Below, one piece after another: positions 54,573 to 64,000 of a DNA stretch of 64,000 bases. Position 1 is the first letter of the stretch. Each line of letters opens with the position of its first letter. Location: assembly GCA_963782115.1 (NCBI GenBank), contig CAWAIK010000003.1, positions 320,001-384,000 on the forward strand, given 5' to 3'. A model generated the notes under the pieces. That model had not been told where the DNA came from. It did not search any database and worked only from the letters and a program-made list of their open reading frames with translations. This DNA comes from an uncultured Verrucomicrobiae bacterium (GTDB lineage: Bacteria > Verrucomicrobiota > Verrucomicrobiia > Chthoniobacterales > JAFAMB01). The position numbers were made by a program, and so were the translations under genes.

Positions 54573-55114
54573 CATAGAAGTCGAGAACGAGGACGATTAC
54601 GATTTCAGAACAAGAGGACGAGTGGGGATTAATGAGCGTTTCGTTCGTTGCTGATCGCGATTTAGACAACGCAGGCCCACGTGCCTCCGATGGCCTTAAA
54701 GACAGTGACTCTTTGTGATCTTTGCGATCTTCTGTTCAAAAATGACTTTTGCTTTTTTTCCTGTCTTAGTGCCGGGGGAACGAAGAAAATCATTTGCACA
54801 GAAGATCACAAAGGTCACGAAGACAGTCCTTTCGATAGAAACGGCCTACGCCTGGACCACATCTAGATAGATCAGCGCAGCGAACCGGAGTTCGAGTTCC
54901 AAGTTCTCCTTCCTCGCACTCGTTCTGAAAACGTAATTGTCTCCCCATCGACACCGGGAGCATCTTGCTGGCATTGAGGAGCTTGTAAGAATTCGATTTT
55001 TGACGATTTTGCGCGCGAGACAGTGTCGATGTCGCACCCAAAAAAGCCCTGGCTTTCTAGGGTACTCGAACTCGTCCTTAGTCCTTCCGGATACATCGCG
55101 CTAAACACATACCG
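54573..55114. repeat. Dispersed repeat copy 2 (inverted relative to 18215-18641)
   Basis: Co-linear similarity with copy 1 plus an extra ~115 bp near 54950-55065. Confidence 0.8.
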
Positions 55115-56719
55115 GAGGCAGCCGCCGCGACCAGTGCTACGTCTACGGCTGATGATGCTGCGGCTACCGATACCACAACCACTACGAGCCTCGCGCCGGT
55201 CGACGTAGCGATTAACGCGGTGATTGTCAGCGCTGCGCAATCGCCCTGGGATGCAATCAGGAAGGCTCCCGGGGTTCGAAATGTAATTGTGACCGGCGGT
55301 ATAATCGCCTTGGGAAAGACTCCAATCGAAGGCGAGATACCAGGAGGCGGACCCCATCCCGTCTGGCTTAGGCTAATCCCCGATCTCCGGCTCCTGAATG
55401 GGTCGACGATCCCTCCTGTCGTGCCAAACGTGATCGATATCCGGATCATGAGTTGTCCGATAAAAATTGTAGATCGGCCTGAGGAGCATTAAATGTCAAG
55501 ATTAAGAAACCCGTTATGAAAAGACCGTGCTTTTCCGATTGGCCTTGGTCGTCATGACGGTCGGTTTGATGCAAAGCGCTCATGCAGGCGCGGCCGTGGC
55601 TCTGGCCCCAAATAACCAACTTACGACTGCATATAGAGGGCCAGTACAGAGAGAGAGAAGGCGCGCGCGCTCAACAATGCGCGGCGCCTCTACGGTAACG
55701 ACGTGAGGATAATCGCCGCAACCGATCTCACTGGTTACGGGGCGATCGCGGTTGCACGCCACCCCAATGGTTTCGGGTGGATTATCGGGGTTGCGCTAGG
55801 CAAGCGGTCTGCGACCGAGGCTGATACTCTTGCGATTGAGGGGTGCCGGAAGCCGGCGGGGTCAACGCTCAGGTGTGCAGGGACGATCAGAGCAGACTCC
55901 ATTTACAAAAGACACTCGGAACTCCTTTCTCGGTGAAAGGATGATTAGGCTTTATGAAGGATTTCCGCGTTATCAAAGGATTTGCCAAAATCCAGAGCGA
56001 ATCACTGTCTGAAGAGAAGTTTCAGGCGCTGCAAATGGGCGATTTAATTTTCGTCCAGCTGGACAAAAAACAGCCGGAGGTCCGGCACTTCATCGGACAC
56101 GGCGTTGGTTACAAGCTCGCCGACATTCGATGTTTCAACCTGGAATGGATGGAGAGCCCCGGTCTCTTCGGGAGATTCAACGTTTGTTTCTGTGCTCGAT
56201 TATTTCACGATTTCTTCTTTCGGTACATCCCCTCGTAGGGATTATATTTTTTATTCAGACCGCGCCTGGCTAATGCCGCGTCGGCCGCTCGCGATATCTC
56301 CGCAATCTGCCCATAGCGAAATAGAAACCATCCCGCAGTCTGGTCGAGGGCGAATACCCGTCTCTGTTTGTGCCTGTCGGTCGCTGTCATCGAGCCTCAC
56401 CCATTTAGATGTTCCAATTTGGCATCCCTGGCTCCAGGCGAAGAAATATCGGCCATCGCAAATGACCTCCCCAAAGGGCCACGTCTAATGCACAATATTT
56501 CCGGATCTTGTCTCTGACGGGCGCGCCAATGACTATCGTTGCCATATTTATCATATTTACAGAAAGTATACGTTATTCCGTAACTTACCTATATTCTTCT
56601 CAATGGGTAACGGTTGCTTTTGCGTATCTCGCGAATTCGTTTCTCATTACGCTCGCTGGCCATAATTCCATTGAACAGCTGACCGCCCGCTTTTTCTTGC
56701 AATGATCTAGAGAGCGCCG

Positions 56720-58945
56720 CTATTCGCCCGCGCTTCGAAGTCGAAGCGCCTCTTCCAAGGAAATTGTCTGTTGTGCCACTAAGCGGACAGCCTGTTCGAA
56801 GAGCGTTTTCTCGCCGCGCGCGCTCATCAAAGAGCGAATCTCCCTCGGCGACTTATTAAGGGTAATCGCCTGCTCGATCTCCTGATCGACGACCAGCGCT
56901 TCAAATATTGCGCTGCGGCCTAGGTATCCCTTTCCTTGACACTTCGGGCACCCCGTCCCTCTCAGGAGCGTCGTCGCCTCTTCGAGCCATTCAGGTTTTA
57001 TGCCGGTCGCATTGAGGTACTCAGTGTTGGGAATCGGCACTTCCTCCGGACAAGCGGGACATAACTTTCGGACTAGGCGTTGATGGACTCCCAGCTTTAA
57101 CACCGATGCAGTATAGTGAATTGGAATCCGGAAATATTCCAGCCTTTGGGGGATGTGAGCTGCCGAGTTGGTGTGCAAAGTAGAAATTACTCTGCACGCA
57201 ATATTAAAGATCCCGATTAAGGCCTCGCCAGTCTCGACATCTCGAATCTCCTGAATCACTGCGATACAGGGTGCGCGTCGGACGAGCGACCGTGTGAAGG
57301 AGGAAAACGTGTATCGCCCACCCTCGCTAATTTCGTCCTGGGTAGCCCAAGGAATAACAACCTCAATCGGGCATTCGCCGGTGATGATGTTCATTCGTCT
57401 GGCAGGCTGCTCCTTCAGGATAGAGTAAATGCTTGTCGACTTGCCGGATCCTGCAGGACCCGTGAAAATCATTAATCCTTGCGGGCTTGCAATGAATTCC
57501 CGAATCGCGGTGCAAAGATACGACGCCATCCCTAACGCTTCCATCGTTGGAATGAAATTAATATCTGGTTGCAACCGCAGGATAGCGGTCTCCATATTGA
57601 AGTTAAACGTCGTGTTGATTCGAAAGAGATATTCCCGGTTCTCGTATTCTCGCCGGAACTGGCCGTCTTGAGGCTTGTCACTCTTGGAGGTGTCAAGCCG
57701 GGCCTGGGTTTTGAGGAAGCTTAAAACGTTCTGTCCGATGTCGCTGAGTTCCACAGGCTCCGTCCAGTCGCCATCAGCCTTGAATTTTATCCGCAGGCTT
57801 CGATTGTTAGAAAGGCTCTGAAACATTATATCGGAAGCGTTGCAATCAATAGCTCTGGCCAATGCGATTTCCACGACGTCTTCCGGTTGACGATTTGCAA
57901 CATTCTTTTCCAGGCTGTTCAGATCGATCCGTTTCGGTTTCCTCGCGGCAGGCCATTGAGCCGTATCAATTCGCACCGAAGCCGCGAATTTCTTGATATT
58001 CGCGGCGTCGCTGGCGACCCGACTGATCCATTCTTTAATCAACTGCTCATCGGCGAGAACTTCGCTGAATATTGTGCCGCGACGATTCAACCCTTGTGAG
58101 ATAAACGACTTGTTTTGCGGCGAAAGAGCTTTAGGGACCGCCATTGTCAAAAACGGCTTGTGCCAGCTCAAAGGGACGACCGTGAAACGCTGCATTCTAC
58201 CCAGGCCGAATTCTTGCATCAGGTCACGATTGGGAACGAACTTACCCAACTCAATCCATGGCCGGGGGTTTTTGTCTGAGTGCTCCAACTCAATCCCCTT
58301 CACAGTTCCCCTGGGAAGCCGCGGCACGGTCCTGAGTGGTTGCCGGGCCGTTGCTAAAAACCTGCGAATGGCTTCTGGTTCGGCCCACAAACAGGAAACC
58401 CGCCGTGCGGCAAAAAACTCGTTCAGAGCCGCCCAGTGCGGCGTTCGCATCTCCAGCTCTAACCCAGGAATCCAACTCACTACAGTGACCTCCTCCGCCA
58501 CTGTAGCGCCGGGCGTAAACCGATAGGAGATAGGCACGATCGGAACGGGCACCGGCGGGATATTAACCTGTTCGAGCGCCGCGGGAAAATAGGTTTCAAA
58601 GTCAATCGCGGTCGGCGCCATCTGGCGGTTAGAGCGAAAGATGCTAACAAAAAGCTCGTCACTTGATTTCGAAGCACTTTCGGCGCCCCCACCATTATCG
58701 GCGAGCAACTCATAGAACGAGCGTTGTTGCCAGGCTTCTTCGAGAGTCTTGCTCCGAGAAAGGAAATCGATGTACTGGAGAGCCTGTCCGTTAGCGACCT
58801 CGATTTCAGCGTCCTCCAGATTGAAGGCTTTGGTCAAGACAGTCTGAATCAGAATACTCAGCGGGTCGACCATCCAGAATTGGTCCGATCGAGGTGGATT
58901 TTCGTGTGGCATGAAGCCTTTTGGTTGTTGGATTCCCGCCCACAA
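56720..58945 (-). CDS. GspE/PilB-family secretion/pilus ATPase
   Basis: ASDI, PQDGQF, GPAGSGKS Walker A, STLHTN, QRLVRKLCPAC, GCPKC..GYLGRSAIFE. Confidence 0.88.
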   Translation of the reverse strand: MWAGIQQPKGFMPHENPPRSDQFWMVDPLSILIQTVLTKAFNLEDAEIEVANGQALQYIDFLSRSKTLEEAWQQRSFYELLADNGGGAESASKSSDELFVSIFRSNRQMAPTAIDFETYFPAALEQVNIPPVPVPIVPISYRFTPGATVAEEVTVVSWIPGLELEMRTPHWAALNEFFAARRVSCLWAEPEAIRRFLATARQPLRTVPRLPRGTVKGIELEHSDKNPRPWIELGKFVPNRDLMQEFGLGRMQRFTVVPLSWHKPFLTMAVPKALSPQNKSFISQGLNRRGTIFSEVLADEQLIKEWISRVASDAANIKKFAASVRIDTAQWPAARKPKRIDLNSLEKNVANRQPEDVVEIALARAIDCNASDIMFQSLSNNRSLRIKFKADGDWTEPVELSDIGQNVLSFLKTQARLDTSKSDKPQDGQFRREYENREYLFRINTTFNFNMETAILRLQPDINFIPTMEALGMASYLCTAIREFIASPQGLMIFTGPAGSGKSTSIYSILKEQPARRMNIITGECPIEVVIPWATQDEISEGGRYTFSSFTRSLVRRAPCIAVIQEIRDVETGEALIGIFNIACRVISTLHTNSAAHIPQRLEYFRIPIHYTASVLKLGVHQRLVRKLCPACPEEVPIPNTEYLNATGIKPEWLEEATTLLRGTGCPKCQGKGYLGRSAIFEALVVDQEIEQAITLNKSPREIRSLMSARGEKTLFEQAVRLVAQQTISLEEALRLRSAGE

Positions 58946-60265
58946 TTAATTCGCGAGCACCGCAGTCACCCTTTTGGCCATAATAGAGGCTGCTTTAGGG
59001 ACTCCCTGGTTATTGAATCCCCCTGCGACGGAGAGCGCAAGGGGGCTCACAATCGCCATATCACCGGGAAGATTGCCTGCGTTCATGAGAAGCACGATGG
59101 CATTGGGATTTGAGGAGGATATATAAAAGCTGTTGCGACCGGCGGAGGGAGGCTCTTTTGATACATCAAAGATGATAACGGGCACGCCGACATTCGTGCG
59201 GGACACATAACGGGTAAAAGCCCGCTTCTCTAACGAGCTGGCCGCGGCGCCAGAAGCAGTCCTTACGGTGATCTTACCATTATTCTCGTATACTATCCGG
59301 CTGCACTGGCGCCACAGCTCTTGTTGGCCAATTGGACTATTGGCGGGAAGCGTGTCTTGAGCCGTCATCTGATTGATGTCGGCCGCTTCAACCATGGTCA
59401 TCGGCAGATCGCGCCCACTTAAAATGTTGGATCGCTCTACCGAACGCGCCATGGCAAGCCACTCGTCATTGCTCGTCGATTGAACGGGCAGGGTCGCCGG
59501 TGGTTGGTTTGGACCGGACTGCGCAAACAAAGATCCATTGTTCGCAAGGCTGATGTTGCCAGCCGCCGTGACCGGGTAGATCGAGGTATACTTTCCTCCC
59601 CAAACGATAAGGTCGCCTTCCGAATGGATTCGGCCGACGATCGGCATGAAGGGAGACACAACCTGGATGCTTGCTGAAGAGAAGAGTGTAAACTCCGATA
59701 CAGGAATTTGACGTACGCTGATCTGCGGGGTCATCGCCATGGAAGGTAGAGCGAACCGGCTATCGGTTGCGCCGGATAGAATGTTTTGGGCATCGGCCGT
59801 TACCGTGAATGTGTCGACGATTGCGGCCAGCCCGCGAAACGGGTCATCCGCATCGCTTAACGCTTGGAAAATGTTGTGGCTCTGAGTCGCCAATATTTGA
59901 TTGGTCGGCGCCTGGGACGAGGCCCGGAGATCGAGATTGTAATAACCGGTCTCCTTGGATCCATGAGCTTGGTTTAGATTACTGTCGAGGCTTCCTACAT
60001 CGAGCCACGCTTGCTGTTGGAATTGCATGGCGGCGGATTGCCGGATCGTCTCCAAAGAAAACTCGACCCCGGCAACGGCACGGTCCCGGTACTGCGTTTG
60101 CAACGCTGTTTGCCTCCCGGCATTGGCGATCTCGAATACGGCTCCCCCGATGAGACCAAGAACAACTACCGCCCCAAGCAGAATCGCGAGGACGTTCCCT
60201 TGGACACCCCTGGATGCTCCAAAGCGGCGCGGATTTAAGTCAACGCATCCTGAGAGGGTTCCCAT
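58946..60265 (-). CDS. Large pilin-like (PilX/GspK-type) protein; start uncertain
   Basis: Basic leader then QG|NVLAILLGAVVVLGLIGGAVF hydrophobic helix; in pilin cluster. Confidence 0.55.
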   Translation of the reverse strand: MGTLSGCVDLNPRRFGASRGVQGNVLAILLGAVVVLGLIGGAVFEIANAGRQTALQTQYRDRAVAGVEFSLETIRQSAAMQFQQQAWLDVGSLDSNLNQAHGSKETGYYNLDLRASSQAPTNQILATQSHNIFQALSDADDPFRGLAAIVDTFTVTADAQNILSGATDSRFALPSMAMTPQISVRQIPVSEFTLFSSASIQVVSPFMPIVGRIHSEGDLIVWGGKYTSIYPVTAAGNISLANNGSLFAQSGPNQPPATLPVQSTSNDEWLAMARSVERSNILSGRDLPMTMVEAADINQMTAQDTLPANSPIGQQELWRQCSRIVYENNGKITVRTASGAAASSLEKRAFTRYVSRTNVGVPVIIFDVSKEPPSAGRNSFYISSSNPNAIVLLMNAGNLPGDMAIVSPLALSVAGGFNNQGVPKAASIMAKRVTAVLAN

Positions 60266-60794
60266 AAGCCTCGAAGTCCAGCAATTCGTAAGGGCTCTGA
60301 ACAGTCCAATGCGCTTGTACCAGTCCCAAATCTTGCGCAAACGCCGTTGAGTTTCCGGTAGAGAACACGACCTTATTCAGCATTGAGCGTTGTTGACCCA
60401 AGTTGTTCTCATAGCGGACCAGCGTCTGCGCAACCGGGTCGTATTCGAAGAGTTCGTTGACGAACGTCCCGTCCGGCATTTGATCCTGGAAAATCAGCAT
60501 ATTGCCCTTCACTGCCGCGTTACCTACTGGGTCCGTTAAGTAAGCCGCTCGGTCGGCATAGATTGCCCATCCAGTCGCAGATTTTCCTGCCTGTGTAAAA
60601 CTCGAGGCAAAGCGTTCAGACTCATCTGAAATGCGTGTCACCTCAATTGCAATATAGCTGCGTTTCAGGACGCCCGTGAGAGTATCGGTGATGACTCCCG
60701 TGGCCACCGCCGCGAGCAGCAATCCGAGCAGCGCTTCGATCAGTGTAAAGCCGCCTCGCACACTGGTCCTACGTTTTGACCCGGGTAAGTGCAT
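60240..60794 (-). CDS. Prepilin-type minor pilin/pseudopilin
   Basis: RGG|FTLIEALLGLLLAAV type IV N-methylation motif. Confidence 0.8.
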   Translation of the reverse strand: MHLPGSKRRTSVRGGFTLIEALLGLLLAAVATGVITDTLTGVLKRSYIAIEVTRISDESERFASSFTQAGKSATGWAIYADRAAYLTDPVGNAAVKGNMLIFQDQMPDGTFVNELFEYDPVAQTLVRYENNLGQQRSMLNKVVFSTGNSTAFAQDLGLVQAHWTVQSPYELLDFEAYGNPLRMR

Positions 60795-61230
60795 TGGTGC
60801 GAATTGTTTCCTGCGGACTATACGTGGAGACAGGCTCCGGATTGGTATTGTAGGTGAGCGTTAAGACAATTGCTTTTCCCTCGACTGGCGTGCCGCTGTT
60901 TGTTGTCGTCACGTTCACGATCACGCTGAACGGGTAGATCTCTTTATAGGTTCCTGTGCCGGGATCGAGGGGATGAAGCAGAAACCCAAAGCGAAACTGA
61001 GCCCCCTCCTCTGGCAGTAGATCATAGGGCACATAGGTCATGTAATCGCTGCTTTCGCGCAGAATTTGCGTTACGCGCGCGTCAATCCTAGCTTTGTCAC
61101 ACTTGTATTCCGCCAGCCGCCAGAAATTGATAACGCCGACCATCACAGAGGTCACAGCTAACAACCCAATCAACGGGTCAATCAGTGCAAAGCCAACGCG
61201 TCGGTTCCTGCGGATGATCGGCACTTCCAT
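60769..61230 (-). CDS. Prepilin-like minor pilin
   Basis: RRVG|FALIDPLIGLLAV (Asp at position 5). Confidence 0.65.
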   Translation of the reverse strand: MEVPIIRRNRRVGFALIDPLIGLLAVTSVMVGVINFWRLAEYKCDKARIDARVTQILRESSDYMTYVPYDLLPEEGAQFRFGFLLHPLDPGTGTYKEIYPFSVIVNVTTTNSGTPVEGKAIVLTLTYNTNPEPVSTYSPQETIRTNALTRVKT

Positions 61231-61267
61231 TCCCTAAAGATCAAGAGTTAATAAGACAAAGTTACGC

Positions 61268-63061
61268 TTACTGGGGCTGACCCGTTGTCCCCACTTTCTT
61301 TGGTTTTGCTTGCTGAAGATAGACCGTACGTTTACCGACCGGCTCTTTTCCTTCGCGTTCCGACGGGATTCGAGGTGGTTCTCCAGGCAGGTCCCCGAGG
61401 TCGTCCACCGAGTCAGCCTCGTCTTTGCCAAGGCGATCGGTGCGCTTAAAGGTTCCTTGGACGATTCTGGGCCACACAATAATTATGAGGTTTGTACGGT
61501 CTTTGTTTCTCTGTCGGGTTTGAAAGAGATAACCCAGAATCGGAATTTTTCGCAAACCAGGAATCCCATTGGTCAAATAGTTATCCGTGTCTTCGGTTAT
61601 GCCGCCAATGACAGCAGCCTCGCCGCTTCGTACTTCGACGTCAGCAGTGGCGGACCTGGTCGAGATCACCGGCACCGTAGTATTGGTTCCAGGCTGCGCA
61701 GGAGAAGTCCCCGCTTGAGTGGAAAGCGCCGGGTTAATCTTCATGTCGATGATTCCGTTGGCTAAGATCCGCGGAACGACGTCAATCGTCAGGCCGGTCG
61801 TAAAGGTGTAGGGCGTGGTTGTCGCCTGGACATTCGCGGTCGCGGCGGTCTGCAGGAAGATCGTCTGATTTGTCACTGACCGGATCTGCACCGCTTCGCC
61901 CGTTCGCGTATAAGTAACCGGCGAATTCGTCGATTTCAGTTTTCCTCGCTGGGTCAAGGCGCGAATCGTGCCCTGGACAGTGGGAAATTGCAAAATCAAA
62001 CCGTTATGGAAAAACGCGCCTCCGAAACCGCTCGAGACAATTGAGTTTGGCGGGGATCCGACATTACCGGTCAGAGAGAATGTCGCTCCGTTCTGGCCCA
62101 AAGTGTTGCTCCAATCCACGCCGCCAAATAGATCGTCACTGTTACTGACTTCCACGACGTAGGTATTAATCTGGATTTGATTTTCCCTGTGATCCCAGAG
62201 ATTAATCTGTGCCGCTAAACCCTCGTGTTCTTCGGGTGTGGCGTTGACCATAATTGAATTAGTCGAGCGCTCAATCCAGACGCGATCCTGCTTATCTTGG
62301 CCGCCTCCCGAAAGGGGATTATCGAAAGGAAGCCCGGACACAAATCTTGGAGCCGACTGCTCGGTCCCTGCCGTGTAGAGCGTCTGGATTCCTCCACTAG
62401 CTCCACCGTTAACCTCCGGCGCGCCTGCATAGGCCGCCGAGCCGGGTTGACCATTACCGGTCGGGGGATAGGCCGGGTTACTGCCAGAAACCGGCTTGAC
62501 CTGGATACCTAGATATCCTGCCACCGCCTGTTTTAAATCTTCCGCGCTCTGATAGCGGAGCCGATAGGCTCGGACTTCGTAATAGCTGGGCGCACTGATA
62601 TCGGACCGGCTCAAGGTCAAAACATTGGTACCCCGCCTCGTCATAACTCTAAAACCACGAGCTTCTGCAACGGCATAGAAAGCGTCGATAGGCGTCATGG
62701 AAGGTAAAATGAGCGAAATTCGTTCCTCCGGGTTGAGGCCGGGCTCGATGTAACTGATTTGGGCTTCCTCCGCGAGGACACGAAGCACCGTTCCAACCGG
62801 CTGATTCGTGAATCGGTGCGTACGAGGTTTATTGGGATCAGCCGCTACTTCCTGTTGCGCAGTATTTTGACGATCGTTGAGGGCGTTTTGCAGATTATCT
62901 AAGATTGAGTTTTCTGGCGTGGGCGTCGACGAGGGTGCTGGTTGCAAATCGGACGAGGGTTGCGGAGAGGATTCCGGCACCGGGGTCTGTTGAGCCCACG
63001 CCGTGACTGCTAATAGCGGCAGAATAACTAACACTCCGATGAGGAGACTTTTACGAGTCAC
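61268..63061 (-). CDS. Secretin (GspD/PilQ family)
   Basis: QIQINTYVVEV..GVDWS, GLTIDVVPRI, VRSGEAAVIGG, GIPGLRKIPILGYLF, NLIIIVWPRI. Confidence 0.9.
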   Translation of the reverse strand: MTRKSLLIGVLVILPLLAVTAWAQQTPVPESSPQPSSDLQPAPSSTPTPENSILDNLQNALNDRQNTAQQEVAADPNKPRTHRFTNQPVGTVLRVLAEEAQISYIEPGLNPEERISLILPSMTPIDAFYAVAEARGFRVMTRRGTNVLTLSRSDISAPSYYEVRAYRLRYQSAEDLKQAVAGYLGIQVKPVSGSNPAYPPTGNGQPGSAAYAGAPEVNGGASGGIQTLYTAGTEQSAPRFVSGLPFDNPLSGGGQDKQDRVWIERSTNSIMVNATPEEHEGLAAQINLWDHRENQIQINTYVVEVSNSDDLFGGVDWSNTLGQNGATFSLTGNVGSPPNSIVSSGFGGAFFHNGLILQFPTVQGTIRALTQRGKLKSTNSPVTYTRTGEAVQIRSVTNQTIFLQTAATANVQATTTPYTFTTGLTIDVVPRILANGIIDMKINPALSTQAGTSPAQPGTNTTVPVISTRSATADVEVRSGEAAVIGGITEDTDNYLTNGIPGLRKIPILGYLFQTRQRNKDRTNLIIIVWPRIVQGTFKRTDRLGKDEADSVDDLGDLPGEPPRIPSEREGKEPVGKRTVYLQQAKPKKVGTTGQPQ

Positions 63062-63618
63062 GGTTTTTTATCTTTCAGTTTTTTGGGTAGCTTGAACGTG
63101 GTGGACGGCTCGTCCGTCTCCAAAGGTAATTGGCAGATTGAGGCCCTGAAACCTGGAAGCTGGAAATCGACACCCGCACTGCTGATTGTGCCTACCTCAA
63201 TGGCGATCCCGTTGTCCGGCGTGCGTGTAAGCGTTAGACCAAAACTTTGCGCTAACTGATCCAACTCCCGGAGAGTTTTCTCGTCGAGATCCAGCGGGAC
63301 GGTGTCGCCTTGGCGGAAAGTCACACCATTGATCAGGGCCATCCCATCCGGTTGGCGGTCATCCGTGCTAAGTCCGCCCACGGTTAACTGGTCCTTAATC
63401 GACGCAGTCAGTTTCTCCAAAAATCGGTGCATCAACTCTCCGCTTGCCACGCCTGGAATTTCCACTCTTTCGTCCAGAAGGGTTGTTGATGCTCTGGAGG
63501 AGATAAACGGGTCCCTTTGGGAACGCAGATAATTGTAGATATCGAGGTCCGGTAACTCCACTTGAGCGTGAAGACTTAGAGCACTTCCCAACAATAGTGA
63601 AACAACCTTTATAGTCAT
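63058..63618 (-). CDS. PilP/GspC-like accessory protein
   Basis: Signal peptide, RDPF motif, ALING..QGDT; immediately upstream of secretin. Confidence 0.5.
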   Translation of the reverse strand: MTIKVVSLLLGSALSLHAQVELPDLDIYNYLRSQRDPFISSRASTTLLDERVEIPGVASGELMHRFLEKLTASIKDQLTVGGLSTDDRQPDGMALINGVTFRQGDTVPLDLDEKTLRELDQLAQSFGLTLTRTPDNGIAIEVGTISSAGVDFQLPGFRASICQLPLETDEPSTTFKLPKKLKDKKP

Positions 63619-64000
63619 CGTGTTGCCGACGTAAAGATTCTGGCGGTGAACCGCGTCTGGAGAGGAGTCGGCCGCAGAGAAAAAGGCTCGGTTGTCTTGG
63701 GCCGGATAAGTTCCAAATGGTCAAAAAAAAGGAATACGTTAGAGTTCTCAGCTTCTGCGATCAACGGGACCAAACGTTGAAACTCCAGGCGAGTAGAATC
63801 AAGCTCGTAACCAACGCTAGCCTCCGATCGCATGACCCCGGACGGCACAGCCGCCAACCCCCCTTTGACAAAATCCTGAATCACGATGGGCTCTGTCTGA
63901 TGAACGCCATTGCCCACCGAAAGAGAACGCTGCTGCAGGTTTGGAGGGGTGAAAGCCACGGGATCCTGAAGGCGGAGATAAAGGCCGTTAATCCGAACCG
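63615..64000 (-). CDS. Pilus/T2SS inner-membrane platform-like protein (5' end outside window)
   Basis: Open frame overlapping next gene (ATGA); position in operon only. Confidence 0.35.
   Translation of the reverse strand, partial: VRINGLYLRLQDPVAFTPPNLQQRSLSVGNGVHQTEPIVIQDFVKGGLAAVPSGVMRSEASVGYELDSTRLEFQRLVPLIAEAENSNVFLFFDHLELIRPKTTEPFSLRPTPLQTRFTARIFTSATR

Noticed and set aside
55110..56500. Short ORFs including a possible DUF4189-like remnant (55516-55936)
   Set aside because: Fragmented and not assignable with confidence by eye.

Overview
A heavily mosaic, IS- and pseudogene-rich bacterial region. Gene content suggests a soil Verrucomicrobia/Chthoniobacterales-like genome, but this is inference only. 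The standout is a compact candidate RiPP locus at about 2.4-5.3 kb. It encodes a 95-aa precursor with a twin-arginine (Tat)-type signal as leader and a 42-aa Arg/Trp/Gly-rich core carrying four exact WINRW repeats. It is followed by a protein with only the C-terminal half of a SPASM motif and then a complete radical SAM/SPASM enzyme. No dedicated peptidase or ABC exporter lies next to it. Then come an acid-stress/transport block (MFS, glutaminase, RND pump, OprB porin, Tat-type carbonic anhydrase, HdeD, KdoO) and a patchwork of gene fragments with ISAs1 and IS630 insertions. After these are an AKR/cupin/tautomerase/SDR/CMD cluster and two tRNA-Pro genes. A 14 kb integrase-less island bounded by a 43-bp tRNA-Pro(TGG) repeat carries a PaoABC-like molybdoenzyme, DUF1326/DUF2182 and two IS elements. 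Two families of MITE-like non-coding repeats recur across the window, and a divergent T2SS/type IV pilus cluster runs off the right end. All family calls come from reading motifs by eye, not from database searches.
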